A DNA stretch of 64,000 nt from Escherichia coli (GCF_045037415.1 NZ_CP173438.1); one strand, 5' to 3'. Shown: positions 36,204-48,301, counted from the first letter of the stretch. The notes: generated by a model from the letters alone, not told the origin. Made by a program: numbers and translations.

Positions 36204-38880
36204 CGAACCCTTACGTCCCGACCCCGATCGTCTGCTGGAACAAACTGCCGCGCCGCATCGGGGGAAGCTGAAAGTTTTCTTCGGTGCCTGCGCAGGCGTC
36301 GGAAAGACCTGGGCGATGCTGGCAGAAGCCCAGCGACTGCGGGCGCAAGGGCTGGATATTGTGGTTGGCGTGGTAGAAACCCACGGGCGGAAAGATACCG
36401 CCGCAATGCTGGAAGGTCTGGCTGTTCTGCCGCTGAAACGCCAGGCGTACCGTGGGCGGCATATCAGCGAGTTTGATCTCGATGCCGCCCTCGCCCGCCG
36501 TCCGGCACTGATCTTAATGGACGAACTGGCGCACAGTAATGCGCCAGGTTCTCGTCATCCTAAACGCTGGCAGGACATCGAAGAGCTGCTGGAAGCAGGC
36601 ATTGATGTTTTCACTACCGTCAACGTTCAGCATCTGGAAAGCCTGAACGATGTGGTCAGTGGCGTAACCGGAATTCAGGTTCGGGAAACCGTGCCCGATC
36701 CTTTTTTCGATGCCGCCGACGACGTAGTACTGGTGGACTTGCCCCCGGACGATCTGCGCCAACGACTGAAAGAAGGCAAAGTCTATATTGCCGGGCAGGC
36801 AGAACGCGCCATTGAGCATTTTTTCCGCAAAGGCAATCTGATCGCCCTGCGCGAGCTGGCGCTACGCCGTACTGCCGATCGCGTAGATGAGCAAATGCGC
36901 GCGTGGCGGGGGCATCCTGGCGAAGAGAAAGTCTGGCACACGCGCGACGCGATCCTTTTATGCATCGGGCATAACACCGGCAGTGAGAAACTGGTCCGCG
37001 CGGCGGCGCGGCTGGCGTCGCGCCTGGGCAGTGTCTGGCACGCGGTGTATGTTGAAACCCCTGCCCTGCATCGCTTACCGGAGAAAAAACGTCGGGCAAT
37101 TCTCAGCGCCTTACGTCTGGCGCAGGAGTTGGGCGCGGAGACGGCAACACTTTCTGATCCAGCGGAAGAAAAAGCAGTAGTGCGTTATGCCCGTGAACAT
37201 AATCTCGGCAAGATTATTCTCGGTCGCCCGGCCTCGCGCCGCTGGTGGCGTCGGGAAACGTTTGCTGACCGGCTGGCGCGCATCGCCCCCGATCTCGATC
37301 AGGTACTGGTCGCGCTTGATGAACCACCCGCCCGCACGATTAATAACGCGCCGGATAGCCGCTCTTTTAAAGACAAGTGGCGGGTACAGATTCAGGGATG
37401 CGTGGTTGCCGCCGCGTTATGCGCCGTTATCACCTTAATTGCCATGCAGTGGCTGATGGCGTTTGATGCCGCCAACCTGGTGATGCTGTATCTGCTTGGC
37501 GTGGTTGTGGTGGCACTATTTTACGGACGCTGGCCTTCGGTGGTTGCGACCGTCATTAATGTGGTGAGTTTCGATCTCTTTTTTATCGCCCCACGCGGCA
37601 CGCTCGCCGTCTCTGATGTGCAATATCTGCTGACCTTCGCGGTGATGTTAACCGTCGGGCTGGTGATCGGGAACCTTACTGCTGGCGTGCGTTATCAGGC
37701 GCGGGTAGCCCGTTACCGCGAACAACGCACACGGCACTTATATGAAATGTCCAAAGCTCTGGCTGTGGGCCGTAGTTCGCAGGATATCGCCGCCACCAGC
37801 GAACAGTTTATTGCCTCCACGTTTCATGCCCGTAGCCAGGTGTTGCTGCCTGATGACAACGGTAAATTGCAGCCTTTAACACATCCGCAAGGAATGACGC
37901 CGTGGGACGATGCCATCGCGCAGTGGAGTTTTGATAAAGGCCTGCCTGCGGGCGCGGGCACCGACACGTTACCCGGTGTACCGTACCAGATTTTGCCGCT
38001 AAAAAGCGGCGAGAAAACCTACGGACTGGTGGTGGTGGAACCGGGGAATCTGCGCCAGTTGATGATCCCGGAACAGCAGCGCCTGCTGGAGACGTTTACG
38101 CTGTTAGTCGCCAATGCCCTTGAGCGACTGACACTGACCGCCAGCGAAGAACAGGCGCGGATGGCAAGCGAACGTGAACAGATCCGCAACGCCCTGCTGG
38201 CGGCGCTTTCGCATGATTTACGCACGCCGCTTACGGTGCTGTTCGGTCAGGCAGAAATCTTAACGCTCGATCTGGCAAGCGAAGGATCGCCCCACGCCCG
38301 CCAGGCCAGCGAGATTCGTCAGCATGTGCTGAACACCACCCGACTGGTGAATAATCTACTGGATATGGCGCGAATTCAGTCCGGCGGCTTTAATTTGAAG
38401 AAAGAGTGGTTAACGCTGGAAGAAGTGGTCGGCAGCGCGCTGCAAATGCTGGAACCGGGTTTATCGTCGCCCATCAATCTTTCTCTGCCAGAGCCGCTGA
38501 CCTTAATCCACGTTGACGGGCCACTCTTTGAACGGGTGCTGATTAACCTGCTGGAGAACGCGGTGAAATATGCGGGGGCGCAGGCCGAAATTGGTATCAA
38601 TGCCCACATCGAGGGCGAAAATCTACAACTGGATGTCTGGGATAACGGCCCCGGTCTTCCACCAGGCCAGGAGCAGACGATATTTGATAAGTTTGCTCGC
38701 GGGAATAAAGAGTCGGCGGTACCGGGTGTAGGGCTTGGGTTGGCAATTTGTCGGGCGATAGTGGATGTACACGGCGGCACCATTACCGCATTCAACCGAC
38801 CGGAAGGTGGTGCCTGTTTTCGTGTTACACTTCCCCAGCAAACAGCCCCTGAACTTGAAGAATTTCATGAGGATATGTGA
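36196..38880 (+). CDS. kdpD: sensor histidine kinase KdpD
   Basis: About 894 aa; N-terminal KdpD and Usp domains, membrane segments, C-terminal HisKA/HATPase ([10 protein letters not shown]). Confidence 0.95.
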   Translation: MNNEPLRPDPDRLLEQTAAPHRGKLKVFFGACAGVGKTWAMLAEAQRLRAQGLDIVVGVVETHGRKDTAAMLEGLAVLPLKRQAYRGRHISEFDLDAALARRPALILMDELAHSNAPGSRHPKRWQDIEELLEAGIDVFTTVNVQHLESLNDVVSGVTGIQVRETVPDPFFDAADDVVLVDLPPDDLRQRLKEGKVYIAGQAERAIEHFFRKGNLIALRELALRRTADRVDEQMRAWRGHPGEEKVWHTRDAILLCIGHNTGSEKLVRAAARLASRLGSVWHAVYVETPALHRLPEKKRRAILSALRLAQELGAETATLSDPAEEKAVVRYAREHNLGKIILGRPASRRWWRRETFADRLARIAPDLDQVLVALDEPPARTINNAPDSRSFKDKWRVQIQGCVVAAALCAVITLIAMQWLMAFDAANLVMLYLLGVVVVALFYGRWPSVVATVINVVSFDLFFIAPRGTLAVSDVQYLLTFAVMLTVGLVIGNLTAGVRYQARVARYREQRTRHLYEMSKALAVGRSSQDIAATSEQFIASTFHARSQVLLPDDNGKLQPLTHPQGMTPWDDAIAQWSFDKGLPAGAGTDTLPGVPYQILPLKSGEKTYGLVVVEPGNLRQLMIPEQQRLLETFTLLVANALERLTLTASEEQARMASEREQIRNALLAALSHDLRTPLTVLFGQAEILTLDLASEGSPHARQASEIRQHVLNTTRLVNNLLDMARIQSGGFNLKKEWLTLEEVVGSALQMLEPGLSSPINLSLPEPLTLIHVDGPLFERVLINLLENAVKYAGAQAEIGINAHIEGENLQLDVWDNGPGLPPGQEQTIFDKFARGNKESAVPGVGLGLAICRAIVDVHGGTITAFNRPEGGACFRVTLPQQTAPELEEFHEDM

Positions 38881-39554
38881 CAAACGTTCTGATTGTTGAA
38901 GATGAACAGGCTATTCGTCGCTTTCTGCGCACGGCGCTGGAGGGCGATGGGATGCGCGTCTTTGAGGCCGAAACGCTGCAACGCGGCTTGCTGGAAGCGG
39001 CTACCCGTAAGCCAGATTTGATTATTCTCGATCTCGGCCTGCCCGATGGTGATGGGATTGAGTTTATCCGCGACCTGCGCCAGTGGAGCGCGGTGCCGGT
39101 GATTGTGCTTTCCGCACGTAGCGAAGAGAGCGACAAAATCGCCGCGCTGGATGCCGGAGCGGATGATTATCTGAGTAAGCCGTTTGGCATTGGCGAATTG
39201 CAGGCCCGTCTGCGCGTCGCTTTACGTCGCCACTCCGCCACCGCCGCGCCCGATCCGCTGGTGAAATTTTCCGATGTTACCGTCGATTTAGCCGCCCGCG
39301 TTATCCATCGGGGCGAGGAAGAGGTGCATCTCACCCCGATTGAGTTCCGCCTGCTGGCAGTGTTGCTCAACAACGCCGGAAAAGTGCTCACCCAGCGCCA
39401 GTTACTCAATCAGGTGTGGGGACCAAACGCGGTCGAACACAGCCACTATTTGCGTATTTATATGGGGCATCTGCGACAAAAACTGGAGCAAGATCCCGCC
39501 CGCCCCCGCCATTTTATTACTGAAACCGGTATTGGGTATCGGTTTATGCCATGA
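38877..39554 (+). CDS. kdpE: response regulator KdpE (OmpR family)
   Basis: 225 aa; receiver domain (LIILDLGLPDGDG) and winged-helix domain; overlaps kdpD stop. Confidence 0.95.
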   Translation: MTNVLIVEDEQAIRRFLRTALEGDGMRVFEAETLQRGLLEAATRKPDLIILDLGLPDGDGIEFIRDLRQWSAVPVIVLSARSEESDKIAALDAGADDYLSKPFGIGELQARLRVALRRHSATAAPDPLVKFSDVTVDLAARVIHRGEEEVHLTPIEFRLLAVLLNNAGKVLTQRQLLNQVWGPNAVEHSHYLRIYMGHLRQKLEQDPARPRHFITETGIGYRFMP

Positions 39555-39598
39555 ATTATTATTCAATAAATACGCTTAAATAATTATTAATTTATTAT

Positions 39599-39640
39599 TA
39601 AACCTGCCCCGAAAATTATTATTTGGCAGGTTTAATTTCT
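39599..39640 (+). terminator. Intrinsic terminator downstream of kdpE
   Basis: aacctgcc...ggcaggtt hairpin followed by a T-rich tract. Confidence 0.55.
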
Positions 39641-39828
39641 TAATGAAAATACAACCCACAAAATTGCAACATTTAAACAACAAAACAGCATCTAATATGG
39701 CGCTATTCATCATTAATGATTTATTATTTGGGATATGATCGTTTTTTGTTGATCTTCTTCACAGATTATAGCCATTTCATGGATAGAATAACCCTACCTT
39801 CAACTGACACAGAAAAAGGTAAAGGTAA

Positions 39829-39933
39829 ATGGAAAATAATAACCGCTTAATGCCTCATATAAGGCGGACAACCCATATCATGAAGTTTGCCCATCGTAAT
39901 AGTTTTGACTTTCATTTTTTTAATGCCCGCTAG
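39829..39933 (+). CDS. speFL: speF leader / ornithine-sensing ribosome arrest peptide (34 aa)
   Basis: ORF MENNNRLMPHIRRTTHIMKFAHRNSFDFHFFNAR* about 300 bp upstream of speF; matches the known SpeFL leader including the C-terminal HFFNAR-type arrest region; below ORF-track cutoff. Confidence 0.8.
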   Translation: MENNNRLMPHIRRTTHIMKFAHRNSFDFHFFNAR

Positions 39934-40242
39934 TCTTCTGACTAAAGGGCACCCCAGCGTACAGGTCTCCCTGACTTTAAGCATTACAGGTTAATACCTG
40001 TATCCCTCGGTGCTCATATACTGCTAACCCTTTTAAACTCTAAATAATTCGAGTCGCAGCACATGCAACTTGAAGTATGACGAGTATAGCCAGTTACCGG
40101 GCTGGTCTGGGTTATTGCATCTGCAAAAAGCAAACTACTGATTTATTTATCAGCGGTGGGGTTTTGCTTTTTTCCGGCGTGATCAATTTCTCCTTTGAGA
40201 AATTGAGGACCTGCTATTACCTGAAATAAAGAGATGAACAAA

Positions 40243-42441
40243 ATGTCAGAATTAAAAATTGCCGTTAGCCGTTCTTGCCCGGATTGTTTTTCCACTCATC
40301 GTGAATGCGTGAATATTGACAAAAGTAATTATATTGACGTTGCCGCCATTATTTTATCAGTCAATGATGTTGAACATGGAAAACTCGATGAAATAGACGC
40401 TACTGGCTATGGCATTCCTGTTTTTATTGCAACGGAAAATGAAGAACGTGTACCAGCAGAATATCTGCCACGTATTTCTGGTGTCTTCGAGCATTGCGAA
40501 TCACGGAAAGAGTTTTATGGACGTCAGTTAGAAACCGCTGCCAGCCATTATGAAACGCAACTGCGCCCGCCCTTCTTCCGCGCACTGGTCGATTATGTCA
40601 ATCAGGGCAATAGCGCTTTTGACTGCCCGGGTCATCAGGGAGGTGAGTTTTTCCGTCGCCATCCGGCAGGCAATCAGTTCGTGGAATATTTTGGCGAAAT
40701 GCTCTTCCGCTCCGACTTGTGTAATGCCGACGTTGCAATGGGCGATCTACTGATTCATGAAGGTGCGCCATGCATTGCACAGCAACATGCGGCTAAAGTG
40801 TTTAATGCCGATAAAACGTACTTTGTTTTAAACGGCACATCCTCCTCCAACAAAGTGGTTTTAAACGCCCTGCTGACACCGGGTGATCTGGTGCTGTTTG
40901 ACCGTAATAACCATAAGTCTAACCACCACGGAGCGTTGCTACAGGCTGGTGCAACACCGGTTTATCTGGAAACAGCACGTAACCCGTATGGTTTTATCGG
41001 TGGCATTGATGCGCACTGCTTCGAAGAAAGTTATCTGCGTGAACTGATTACAGAAGTTGCACCGCAACGGGCAAAAGAGGCGCGTCCGTTCCGCCTCGCT
41101 GTGATTCAGTTAGGCACCTACGACGGTACTATTTATAACGCCCGCCAGGTGGTGGATAAAATCGGCCATCTGTGTGACTACATCCTGTTTGACTCCGCAT
41201 GGGTCGGCTATGAACAGTTTATTCCGATGATGGCGGACTGTTCGCCGCTGCTACTGGAGCTTAATGAGAACGATCCGGGTATTCTGGTTACGCAATCTGT
41301 GCATAAACAACAGGCTGGTTTTTCTCAGACTTCACAAATTCATAAAAAAGACAGCCATATCAAAGGGCAACAGCGTTATGTACCGCACAAACGCATGAAC
41401 AACGCCTTTATGATGCACGCCTCCACCAGCCCGTTCTATCCGCTGTTTGCCGCACTGGATATCAACGCCAAAATGCATGAAGGTGTCAGCGGTCGTAATA
41501 TGTGGATGGATTGTGTGGTTAACGGTATTAATGCCCGCAAATTGATCCTCGATAACTGCCAGCACATTCGCCCGTTCGTTCCTGAACTGGTGGATGGTAA
41601 ACCCTGGCAGTCGTATGAAACAGCGCAAATTGCGGTTGATCTGCGCTTCTTTAAATTTGTACCCGGTGAGCACTGGCATTCTTTTGAAGGCTACGCAGAG
41701 AACCAATACTTTGTCGATCCGTGCAAACTGTTGCTGACAACTCCAGGTATTGATGCACGTAACGGCGAATATGAAGCGTTCGGTGTACCCGCAACGATTC
41801 TTGCTAACTTCCTGCGCGAAAATGGCGTAGTGCCGGAAAAATGCGATCTTAACTCCATCCTCTTCCTGCTGACTCCGGCAGAAGATATGGCCAAACTGCA
41901 GCAACTTGTTGCCCTGCTGGTACGCTTCGAAAAACTACTGGAAGCTGATGCGCCTCTGGCGGAAGTACTGCCTTCCATCTACAAACAGCATGAAGAGCGC
42001 TACGCCGGTTATACCCTGCGTCAGTTGTGCCAGGAAATGCATGATTTGTATGCCCGTCACAACGTGAAACAACTGCAAAAAGAGATGTTCCGTAAGGAAC
42101 ACTTCCCTCGCGTCAGCATGAATCCGCAAGAAGCCAACTACGCCTACTTACGCGGTGAAGTGGAGCTGGTTCGTCTGCCGGATGCAGAAGGCCGTATCGC
42201 TGCCGAAGGTGCGCTTCCTTATCCTCCGGGTGTGCTGTGTGTTGTTCCTGGTGAAATCTGGGGTGGTGCTGTTCTGCGTTACTTCAGCGCTCTGGAAGAA
42301 GGCATCAACCTGCTGCCAGGTTTTGCACCGGAGCTGCAGGGTGTCTATATCGAAGAACATGATGGTCGTAAGCAAGTTTGGTGCTATGTCATCAAGCCTC
42401 GTGATGCGCAAAGCGCCCTGTTGAAAGGGGAAAAATTATGA
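40243..42441 (+). CDS. speF: inducible ornithine decarboxylase
   Basis: Large PLP-dependent decarboxylase; ORF-track start 40234 (MNKMSELKIAV...) with an alternative ATG at 40243 that has better Shine-Dalgarno spacing; overlaps potE start. Confidence 0.93.
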   Translation: MSELKIAVSRSCPDCFSTHRECVNIDKSNYIDVAAIILSVNDVEHGKLDEIDATGYGIPVFIATENEERVPAEYLPRISGVFEHCESRKEFYGRQLETAASHYETQLRPPFFRALVDYVNQGNSAFDCPGHQGGEFFRRHPAGNQFVEYFGEMLFRSDLCNADVAMGDLLIHEGAPCIAQQHAAKVFNADKTYFVLNGTSSSNKVVLNALLTPGDLVLFDRNNHKSNHHGALLQAGATPVYLETARNPYGFIGGIDAHCFEESYLRELITEVAPQRAKEARPFRLAVIQLGTYDGTIYNARQVVDKIGHLCDYILFDSAWVGYEQFIPMMADCSPLLLELNENDPGILVTQSVHKQQAGFSQTSQIHKKDSHIKGQQRYVPHKRMNNAFMMHASTSPFYPLFAALDINAKMHEGVSGRNMWMDCVVNGINARKLILDNCQHIRPFVPELVDGKPWQSYETAQIAVDLRFFKFVPGEHWHSFEGYAENQYFVDPCKLLLTTPGIDARNGEYEAFGVPATILANFLRENGVVPEKCDLNSILFLLTPAEDMAKLQQLVALLVRFEKLLEADAPLAEVLPSIYKQHEERYAGYTLRQLCQEMHDLYARHNVKQLQKEMFRKEHFPRVSMNPQEANYAYLRGEVELVRLPDAEGRIAAEGALPYPPGVLCVVPGEIWGGAVLRYFSALEEGINLLPGFAPELQGVYIEEHDGRKQVWCYVIKPRDAQSALLKGEKL

Positions 42442-43757
42442 GTCAGGCGAAATCGAACAAAATGGGTGTCGTTCAGTTAACCATACTGACGATGGTCAAC
42501 ATGATGGGCTCCGGTATCATCATGCTGCCGACAAAGCTTGCCGAAGTCGGGACAATCTCAATTATCTCCTGGCTGGTGACAGCCGTAGGCTCAATGGCAC
42601 TGGCATGGGCATTCGCAAAATGCGGTATGTTCAGCCGTAAATCAGGAGGTATGGGCGGTTATGCCGAGTATGCTTTCGGTAAATCCGGTAACTTTATGGC
42701 GAACTATACCTACGGCGTCTCGCTGCTGATTGCTAACGTCGCGATTGCTATTTCGGCGGTTGGTTACGGCACCGAACTGCTCGGCGCGAGTTTGTCGCCA
42801 GTGCAGATTGGTCTTGCGACCATCGGGGTGCTGTGGATTTGTACCGTGGCTAACTTTGGTGGTGCGCGCATTACCGGGCAAATCAGTAGCATTACCGTGT
42901 GGGGGGTCATTATTCCGGTGGTAGGCCTGTGCATTATCGGCTGGTTCTGGTTTAGCCCGACGCTTTACGTTGATTCCTGGAATCCGCATCATGCACCCTT
43001 CTTCAGTGCGGTAGGTTCTTCCATCGCTATGACGCTGTGGGCTTTTCTTGGTCTGGAGTCTGCGTGTGCGAATACTGATGTAGTGGAAAACCCGGAACGT
43101 AATGTGCCAATCGCGGTACTCGGCGGTACGTTAGGTGCGGCGGTGATTTATATCGTCTCCACCAACGTGATTGCCGGGATTGTGCCAAATATGGAGCTGG
43201 CAAATTCAACGGCACCATTTGGTCTGGCCTTCGCGCAGATGTTCACGCCGGAAGTGGGTAAAGTCATTATGGCGCTGATGGTGATGTCCTGCTGCGGTTC
43301 GCTGCTTGGCTGGCAGTTCACCATTGCCCAGGTGTTTAAATCTTCATCTGATGAAGGCTACTTCCCTAAAATTTTCTCCCGTGTAACCAAAGTGGATGCA
43401 CCGGTGCAGGGAATGTTGACCATTGTGATTATCCAGAGCGGGTTGGCGCTGATGACGATTAGCCCGTCGCTAAACAGTCAGTTCAACGTGCTGGTTAACC
43501 TGGCCGTGGTGACTAATATCATTCCGTATATTCTGTCAATGGCGGCATTAGTCATTATTCAGAAGGTCGCTAATGTGCCCCCCTCAAAAGCGAAAGTTGC
43601 AAACTTTGTTGCTTTTGTTGGCGCGATGTACAGCTTTTATGCGCTGTACTCATCCGGGGAAGAAGCCATGCTATACGGTTCCATCGTGACCTTCCTCGGT
43701 TGGACACTGTATGGTCTGGTCTCACCACGCTTTGAACTGAAAAATAAACACGGTTAA
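42438..43757 (+). CDS. potE: putrescine-ornithine antiporter (APC family)
   Basis: 439 aa; MSQAKSNKMGVVQLTILTMVNMMGSGIIMLP N-terminus. Confidence 0.95.
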   Translation: MSQAKSNKMGVVQLTILTMVNMMGSGIIMLPTKLAEVGTISIISWLVTAVGSMALAWAFAKCGMFSRKSGGMGGYAEYAFGKSGNFMANYTYGVSLLIANVAIAISAVGYGTELLGASLSPVQIGLATIGVLWICTVANFGGARITGQISSITVWGVIIPVVGLCIIGWFWFSPTLYVDSWNPHHAPFFSAVGSSIAMTLWAFLGLESACANTDVVENPERNVPIAVLGGTLGAAVIYIVSTNVIAGIVPNMELANSTAPFGLAFAQMFTPEVGKVIMALMVMSCCGSLLGWQFTIAQVFKSSSDEGYFPKIFSRVTKVDAPVQGMLTIVIIQSGLALMTISPSLNSQFNVLVNLAVVTNIIPYILSMAALVIIQKVANVPPSKAKVANFVAFVGAMYSFYALYSSGEEAMLYGSIVTFLGWTLYGLVSPRFELKNKHG

Positions 43758-43766
43758 TTAAGCAAA

Positions 43767-43802
43767 GCAAAAAAGGGCGATCTTCCGACCGCCCTTTTTC
43801 TT
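43767..43802. terminator. Bidirectional terminator between potE and pgm
   Basis: aaaaagggcg...cgccctttttc hairpin with flanking A-run and T-run. Confidence 0.6.
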
Positions 43803-43813
43803 ATTTGATATGT

Positions 43814-45454
43814 TTACGCGTTTTTCAGAACTTCGCTAACAATTTCAACCGCTTCTTTCTCAATCTGCTTGCGATGTTCTTCACCAAGGAAGCTTTCGCA
43901 GTAGATCTTATATGCGTCTTCCGTGCCTGACGGACGCGCGGCGAACCAGCCGTTGTCAGTCATCACTTTCAGACCGCCGATAGAAGCGCCATTACCCGGT
44001 GCCGCCGTCAGACGCGCGGTGATCGGGTCACCTGCCAGGGTGCTGGCGCTCACCATTTCCGGAGACAGCTTAGACAACGCCGCTTTTTGTGCGGAAGTCG
44101 CTGCTGCCTGCAAACGGTTATAGCTCGGCGCACCAAAGCGTTTTGCCAGTTCGTTATAGTGTTCCTGCGGGTTCTTACCGGTGACAGCGGTGATTTCCGC
44201 CGCCAGCAGACACATAATGATGCCGTCTTTATCGGTGGACCACGGCGTGCCGTCGAAACGCAGGAAGGAAGCCCCTGCGCTCTCTTCGCCGCCAAAGCCG
44301 AAGCTGCCGTCGAACAGACCATCAACAAACCATTTGAAACCTACCGGGACTTCTACCAGCTTACGGCCCAAGTCATTGACCACACGGTCGATCATCGCAG
44401 ATGAAACCAGCGTTTTACCGACAGCAACATCTTTGCCCCACTGCGGACGATGCTGGAACAGGTAATTGATCGCCACCGCCAGGTAGTGGTTCGGATTCAT
44501 CAAACCTGCCGGAGTGACGATACCGTGACGGTCATAATCCGGGTCGTTAGCAAACGCCAGATCGAACTTATCACGCAGTGCCAGCAGGCCCGCCATCGCA
44601 CACTCGGAGGAGCAGTCCATACGGATCGCGCCGTCTTTATCAAGGTGCATAAAGCGGAAGGTTTGATCGACCTGATCGTTAACAATAGTCAGGTTGAGGT
44701 TGTAATACTCGCCAATACGCTTCCAGTATTCGATACCGGAACCGCCCAGCGGATCAACGCCAAGCGTCAGGCCCGCTTTCTGAATCGCCGCCATATCAAC
44801 GATATCGGCCAGCCCTTCCACAAACGGCTGCACCAGATCCTGCTCTTTCACATGACCGGATGCCATCGCTTCGTCGAGGGAGATACGCTTCACGCCTTTC
44901 AGGCCATCAGCCAGCAGTGCGTTTGCTCTGTCTTCCACCACTTTAGTGACGTTGGTATCAGCCGGGCCACCATTTGGCGGATTGTACTTGATACCACCAT
45001 CTTCCGGCGGGTTATGGGACGGTGTAATCACGATACCGTCTGCCAGCGGGCCACCTTTTTTATTGTGAACCAGAATGGCATTGGAAATGGCAGGTGTCGG
45101 AGTGAAGCCATTGTTTTCCTGCACAATGACATCAACGCCGTTCGCTGCCAGCACTTCCAGTACGGAAATGAACGCAGGCTCGGACAGGGCGTGAGTATCT
45201 TTACCCACATAGCAAGGGCCAGTGATGCCGTTTTTCGCACGTTCTTCAGCAATTGCCTGAGCGATCGCCAGAATGTGCGGCTCGTTAAAGCTGTGGCGCG
45301 CTGCACTGCCACGGTGACCGGAAGTACCGAATTTCACCGCGTGCTCCGCATTCCCTGCTTCTGGTTTCAGTACATAATATTGCGCCGTCAGTTGGGCGAC
45401 GTTAATCAAATCACTCTGTTGTGCAGGTTGGCCTGCACGATTGTGGATTGCCAT
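43814..45454 (-). CDS. pgm: phosphoglucomutase
   Basis: ORF-track frame to 45505; start placed at [16 protein letters not shown]; active-site TSGHRG and phosphosugar-binding motifs. Confidence 0.95.
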   Translation of the reverse strand: MAIHNRAGQPAQQSDLINVAQLTAQYYVLKPEAGNAEHAVKFGTSGHRGSAARHSFNEPHILAIAQAIAEERAKNGITGPCYVGKDTHALSEPAFISVLEVLAANGVDVIVQENNGFTPTPAISNAILVHNKKGGPLADGIVITPSHNPPEDGGIKYNPPNGGPADTNVTKVVEDRANALLADGLKGVKRISLDEAMASGHVKEQDLVQPFVEGLADIVDMAAIQKAGLTLGVDPLGGSGIEYWKRIGEYYNLNLTIVNDQVDQTFRFMHLDKDGAIRMDCSSECAMAGLLALRDKFDLAFANDPDYDRHGIVTPAGLMNPNHYLAVAINYLFQHRPQWGKDVAVGKTLVSSAMIDRVVNDLGRKLVEVPVGFKWFVDGLFDGSFGFGGEESAGASFLRFDGTPWSTDKDGIIMCLLAAEITAVTGKNPQEHYNELAKRFGAPSYNRLQAAATSAQKAALSKLSPEMVSASTLAGDPITARLTAAPGNGASIGGLKVMTDNGWFAARPSGTEDAYKIYCESFLGEEHRKQIEKEAVEIVSEVLKNA

Positions 45455-45479
45455 TGCTTTGTCCTTTGTCTGCAACGTT

Positions 45480-46025
45480 TTAGATAGTTCCGCAAACCTT
45501 CTCAATCAATTCCGCCGGGAATTGCATCGACTGCATGATGTGTTCGATCATGCTGCATTTACGGCCGGTGTTGGTGTTGGTGATCACCCAATACGGCGTA
45601 CCAGGCACATGTTTCGGCTTGGTCTGATTACCATTTTTCAGCAGCGTTTGTTCATCTGCCGCAAAGTAAACGCGTGTACGACCGTGCAACGATTCCGTTG
45701 CTTCGGCAAACGCCTGGGCGTCAAGAGAATATAGTGTAGACAACAGCAGCATAAAGCGATTGACCGCTCGCTTTTGCTCTGCGTATTCGTCCGAAAGCAG
45801 AAGTTCACGCATTGCGCGAACCTTGTCTTTAATCGTTTTGACCGGCTTCGCTTCGACGATAGCAGGTGACGCAACGCGAACCTCTTTCGTCACCGGAGCA
45901 GCAGGCTGTGATGCGGCGGTAAATTTCAACATACGCCGTAAAATGTCGGATGCGCTCTCGCCGATATGCTTAGTGTGGCTGGCAATATAGCTGTAGAGTT
46001 CATCATCAACTTCAATCGTTTTCAT
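45480..46025 (-). CDS. seqA: replication initiation negative regulator SeqA
   Basis: ORF-track frame to 46160; start placed at [22 protein letters not shown]. Confidence 0.93.
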   Translation of the reverse strand: MKTIEVDDELYSYIASHTKHIGESASDILRRMLKFTAASQPAAPVTKEVRVASPAIVEAKPVKTIKDKVRAMRELLLSDEYAEQKRAVNRFMLLLSTLYSLDAQAFAEATESLHGRTRVYFAADEQTLLKNGNQTKPKHVPGTPYWVITNTNTGRKCSMIEHIMQSMQFPAELIEKVCGTI

Positions 46026-46209
46026 CTTAATCCAGTGCAGTGTCTTAGCTGAATACAAGTCGCCAGGAGTATATGAATAAATCCCGGCAGCGGATAGCGT
46101 CAAGCCTGGCTTGCAGAAAAACTCGGAATAAACCTTATTTGTTGCAGCCCTGTGGCACAATGGTCAACATAATACCCTAACCCGACAACGCGAAAAAAAG
46201 AACTTTGCC

Positions 46210-46974
46210 ATGAAATTGAATATCCGCGCGCAAACTGCACAAAACCAGCACAATAATTCTCCCATCGTTCTTGTCCATGGTCTGTTTGGCAGCCTCGACA
46301 ACCTTGGCGTACTGGCTCGCGATCTGGTAAACGATCACAATATCATCCAGGTTGATATGCGTAACCACGGTCTTTCACCGAGAGATCCGGTAATGAATTA
46401 CCCGGCGATGGCGCAGGATCTTGTTGATACCCTGGATGCACAGCAGATCGACAAAGCAACATTTATCGGTCACTCCATGGGCGGTAAAGCGGTAATGGCT
46501 CTTACTGCACTAGCCCCTGATCGCATTGACAAGCTGGTGGCGATTGATATTGCGCCGGTCGATTATCACGTTCGCCGTCATGATGAGATTTTCGCGGCCA
46601 TCAACGCAGTCAGTGAATCAGACGCACAAACACGCCAGCAAGCAGCGGCAATAATGCGCCAGCATCTTAATGAAGAAGGGGTGATTCAGTTTCTGTTGAA
46701 ATCTTTTGTTGACGGGGAGTGGCGCTTTAACGTGCCAGTATTGTGGGATCAGTATCCGCATATTGTGGGTTGGGAGAAAATCCCGGCATGGGATCATCCT
46801 ACCCTGTTTATCCCTGGCGGCAATTCTCCGTATGTTAGCGAGCAGTACCGTGATGATTTACTGGCACAATTTCCACAGGCTCGGGCGCATGTGATTGCAG
46901 GCGCGGGTCACTGGGTCCATGCTGAAAAACCGGATGCGGTATTACGCGCTATCCGTCGCTATCTCAATGATTAA
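46210..46974 (+). CDS. ybfF: alpha/beta-hydrolase-fold esterase
   Basis: 254 aa; GHSMGG nucleophile-elbow motif. Confidence 0.9.
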   Translation: MKLNIRAQTAQNQHNNSPIVLVHGLFGSLDNLGVLARDLVNDHNIIQVDMRNHGLSPRDPVMNYPAMAQDLVDTLDAQQIDKATFIGHSMGGKAVMALTALAPDRIDKLVAIDIAPVDYHVRRHDEIFAAINAVSESDAQTRQQAAAIMRQHLNEEGVIQFLLKSFVDGEWRFNVPVLWDQYPHIVGWEKIPAWDHPTLFIPGGNSPYVSEQYRDDLLAQFPQARAHVIAGAGHWVHAEKPDAVLRAIRRYLND

Positions 46975-47113
46975 CGCAACTGATTAAAAACCCAGCGTCC
47001 GCGTCGCTTTCCGCGCGTGGACGTTGGCGTGACTCATCGCGCTGATGTATTATGGCGCGCTATCCATCCGGGCAGAGGCCTGGCTGATTGTTTCCCCCGA
47101 AGTCACCAAGATC

Positions 47114-47407
47114 ATGGCCAAAGAACAAACGGACCGTACGACATTAGATCTGTTCGCGCACGAGCGTCGACCGGGACGACCGAAAACTAATCCGCTTTCG
47201 CGCGATGAACAGCTGCGTATTAATAAACGCAACCAACTAAAACGCGACAAAGTACGTGGCCTTAAGCGTGTCGAACTGAAGCTGAACGCGGAAGCTGTCG
47301 AGGCGCTGAACGAGCTGGCGGAATCGCGTAATATGAGCCGTAGCGAACTGATCGAAGAGATGTTAATGCAGCAACTGGCGGCGCTGCGTAGTCAGGGCAT
47401 CGTTTAA
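47114..47407 (+). CDS. ybfE: CopG/ribbon-helix-helix family protein
   Basis: ORF-track frame from 47045; start placed at [14 protein letters not shown]. Confidence 0.8.
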   Translation: MAKEQTDRTTLDLFAHERRPGRPKTNPLSRDEQLRINKRNQLKRDKVRGLKRVELKLNAEAVEALNELAESRNMSRSELIEEMLMQQLAALRSQGIV

Positions 47408-47546
47408 ATTTCCACTTTCATGTAGCACAGTGTGCAGTCCTGCTCGTTTGCTGATTCCGCAAGACTGCCTGTTCTGCTATGATTGCCTTTATCCGTGGGC
47501 AATTTTCCACCCCCATTTCAATAAGTTTCAAGAGGTTATTTCACTC

Positions 47547-48077
47547 ATGGCTATCACTGGCATCTTTTTCGGCAGCGACACCGGTAATACCGAAAATATC
47601 GCAAAAATGATTCAAAAACAGCTTGGTAAAGACGTTGCCGATGTCCATGACATTGCAAAAAGCAGCAAAGAAGATCTGGAAGCATATGACATTCTGCTGC
47701 TGGGCATCCCAACCTGGTATTACGGCGAAGCGCAGTGTGACTGGGATGACTTCTTCCCGACTCTCGAAGAGATTGATTTTAATGGTAAACTGGTTGCGCT
47801 GTTTGGTTGTGGCGACCAGGAAGATTACGCAGAATACTTCTGCGATGCATTGGGCACCATCCGCGACATCATTGAACCGCGCGGCGCAACTATCGTTGGT
47901 CACTGGCCAACCGCGGGCTACCACTTCGAAGCGTCAAAAGGTCTGGCTGATGATGACCACTTTGTCGGTCTGGCTATCGACGAAGATCGTCAGCCGGAAC
48001 TGACCGCTGAACGTGTAGAAAAATGGGTTAAACAAATTTCTGAAGAGCTGCATCTCGACGAAATTCTCAATGCCTGA
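47547..48077 (+). CDS. fldA: flavodoxin 1
   Basis: ORF-track frame from 47430; start placed at [20 protein letters not shown] (FMN-binding loop). Confidence 0.95.
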
Positions 48078-48282
48078 TGTGATGCGGCGTAGACTCATGT
48101 CTACGCCGTATTAATAGATAATGCCAATCAAAATAATTGCTACAAATTTGTAACTTTTGCTGTTGTACCTGTACAATGTCCCGGTGTTCAAGTGGCCTTG
48201 CCGTTGTAAATGTAAGCTGTGCCACGTTTTTATTAACAATATTTGCCAGGGACTTGTAGTTTTCATTTAGGCGTGGCAATTC

Positions 48283-48301
48283 TATAATGATACGCATTAT
48301 C
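48283..48301 (+). promoter_or_regulatory. Fur box in the uof-fur promoter
   Basis: tataatgatacgcattatc matches the Fur consensus GATAATGATAATCATTATC at about 16 of 19 positions; overlaps the uof start. Confidence 0.65.

Noticed and set aside
46975-47113. LexA box upstream of ybfE
   Set aside because: I could not find a convincing CTGT-N8-ACAG match by eye in the upstream region, so no site is called.
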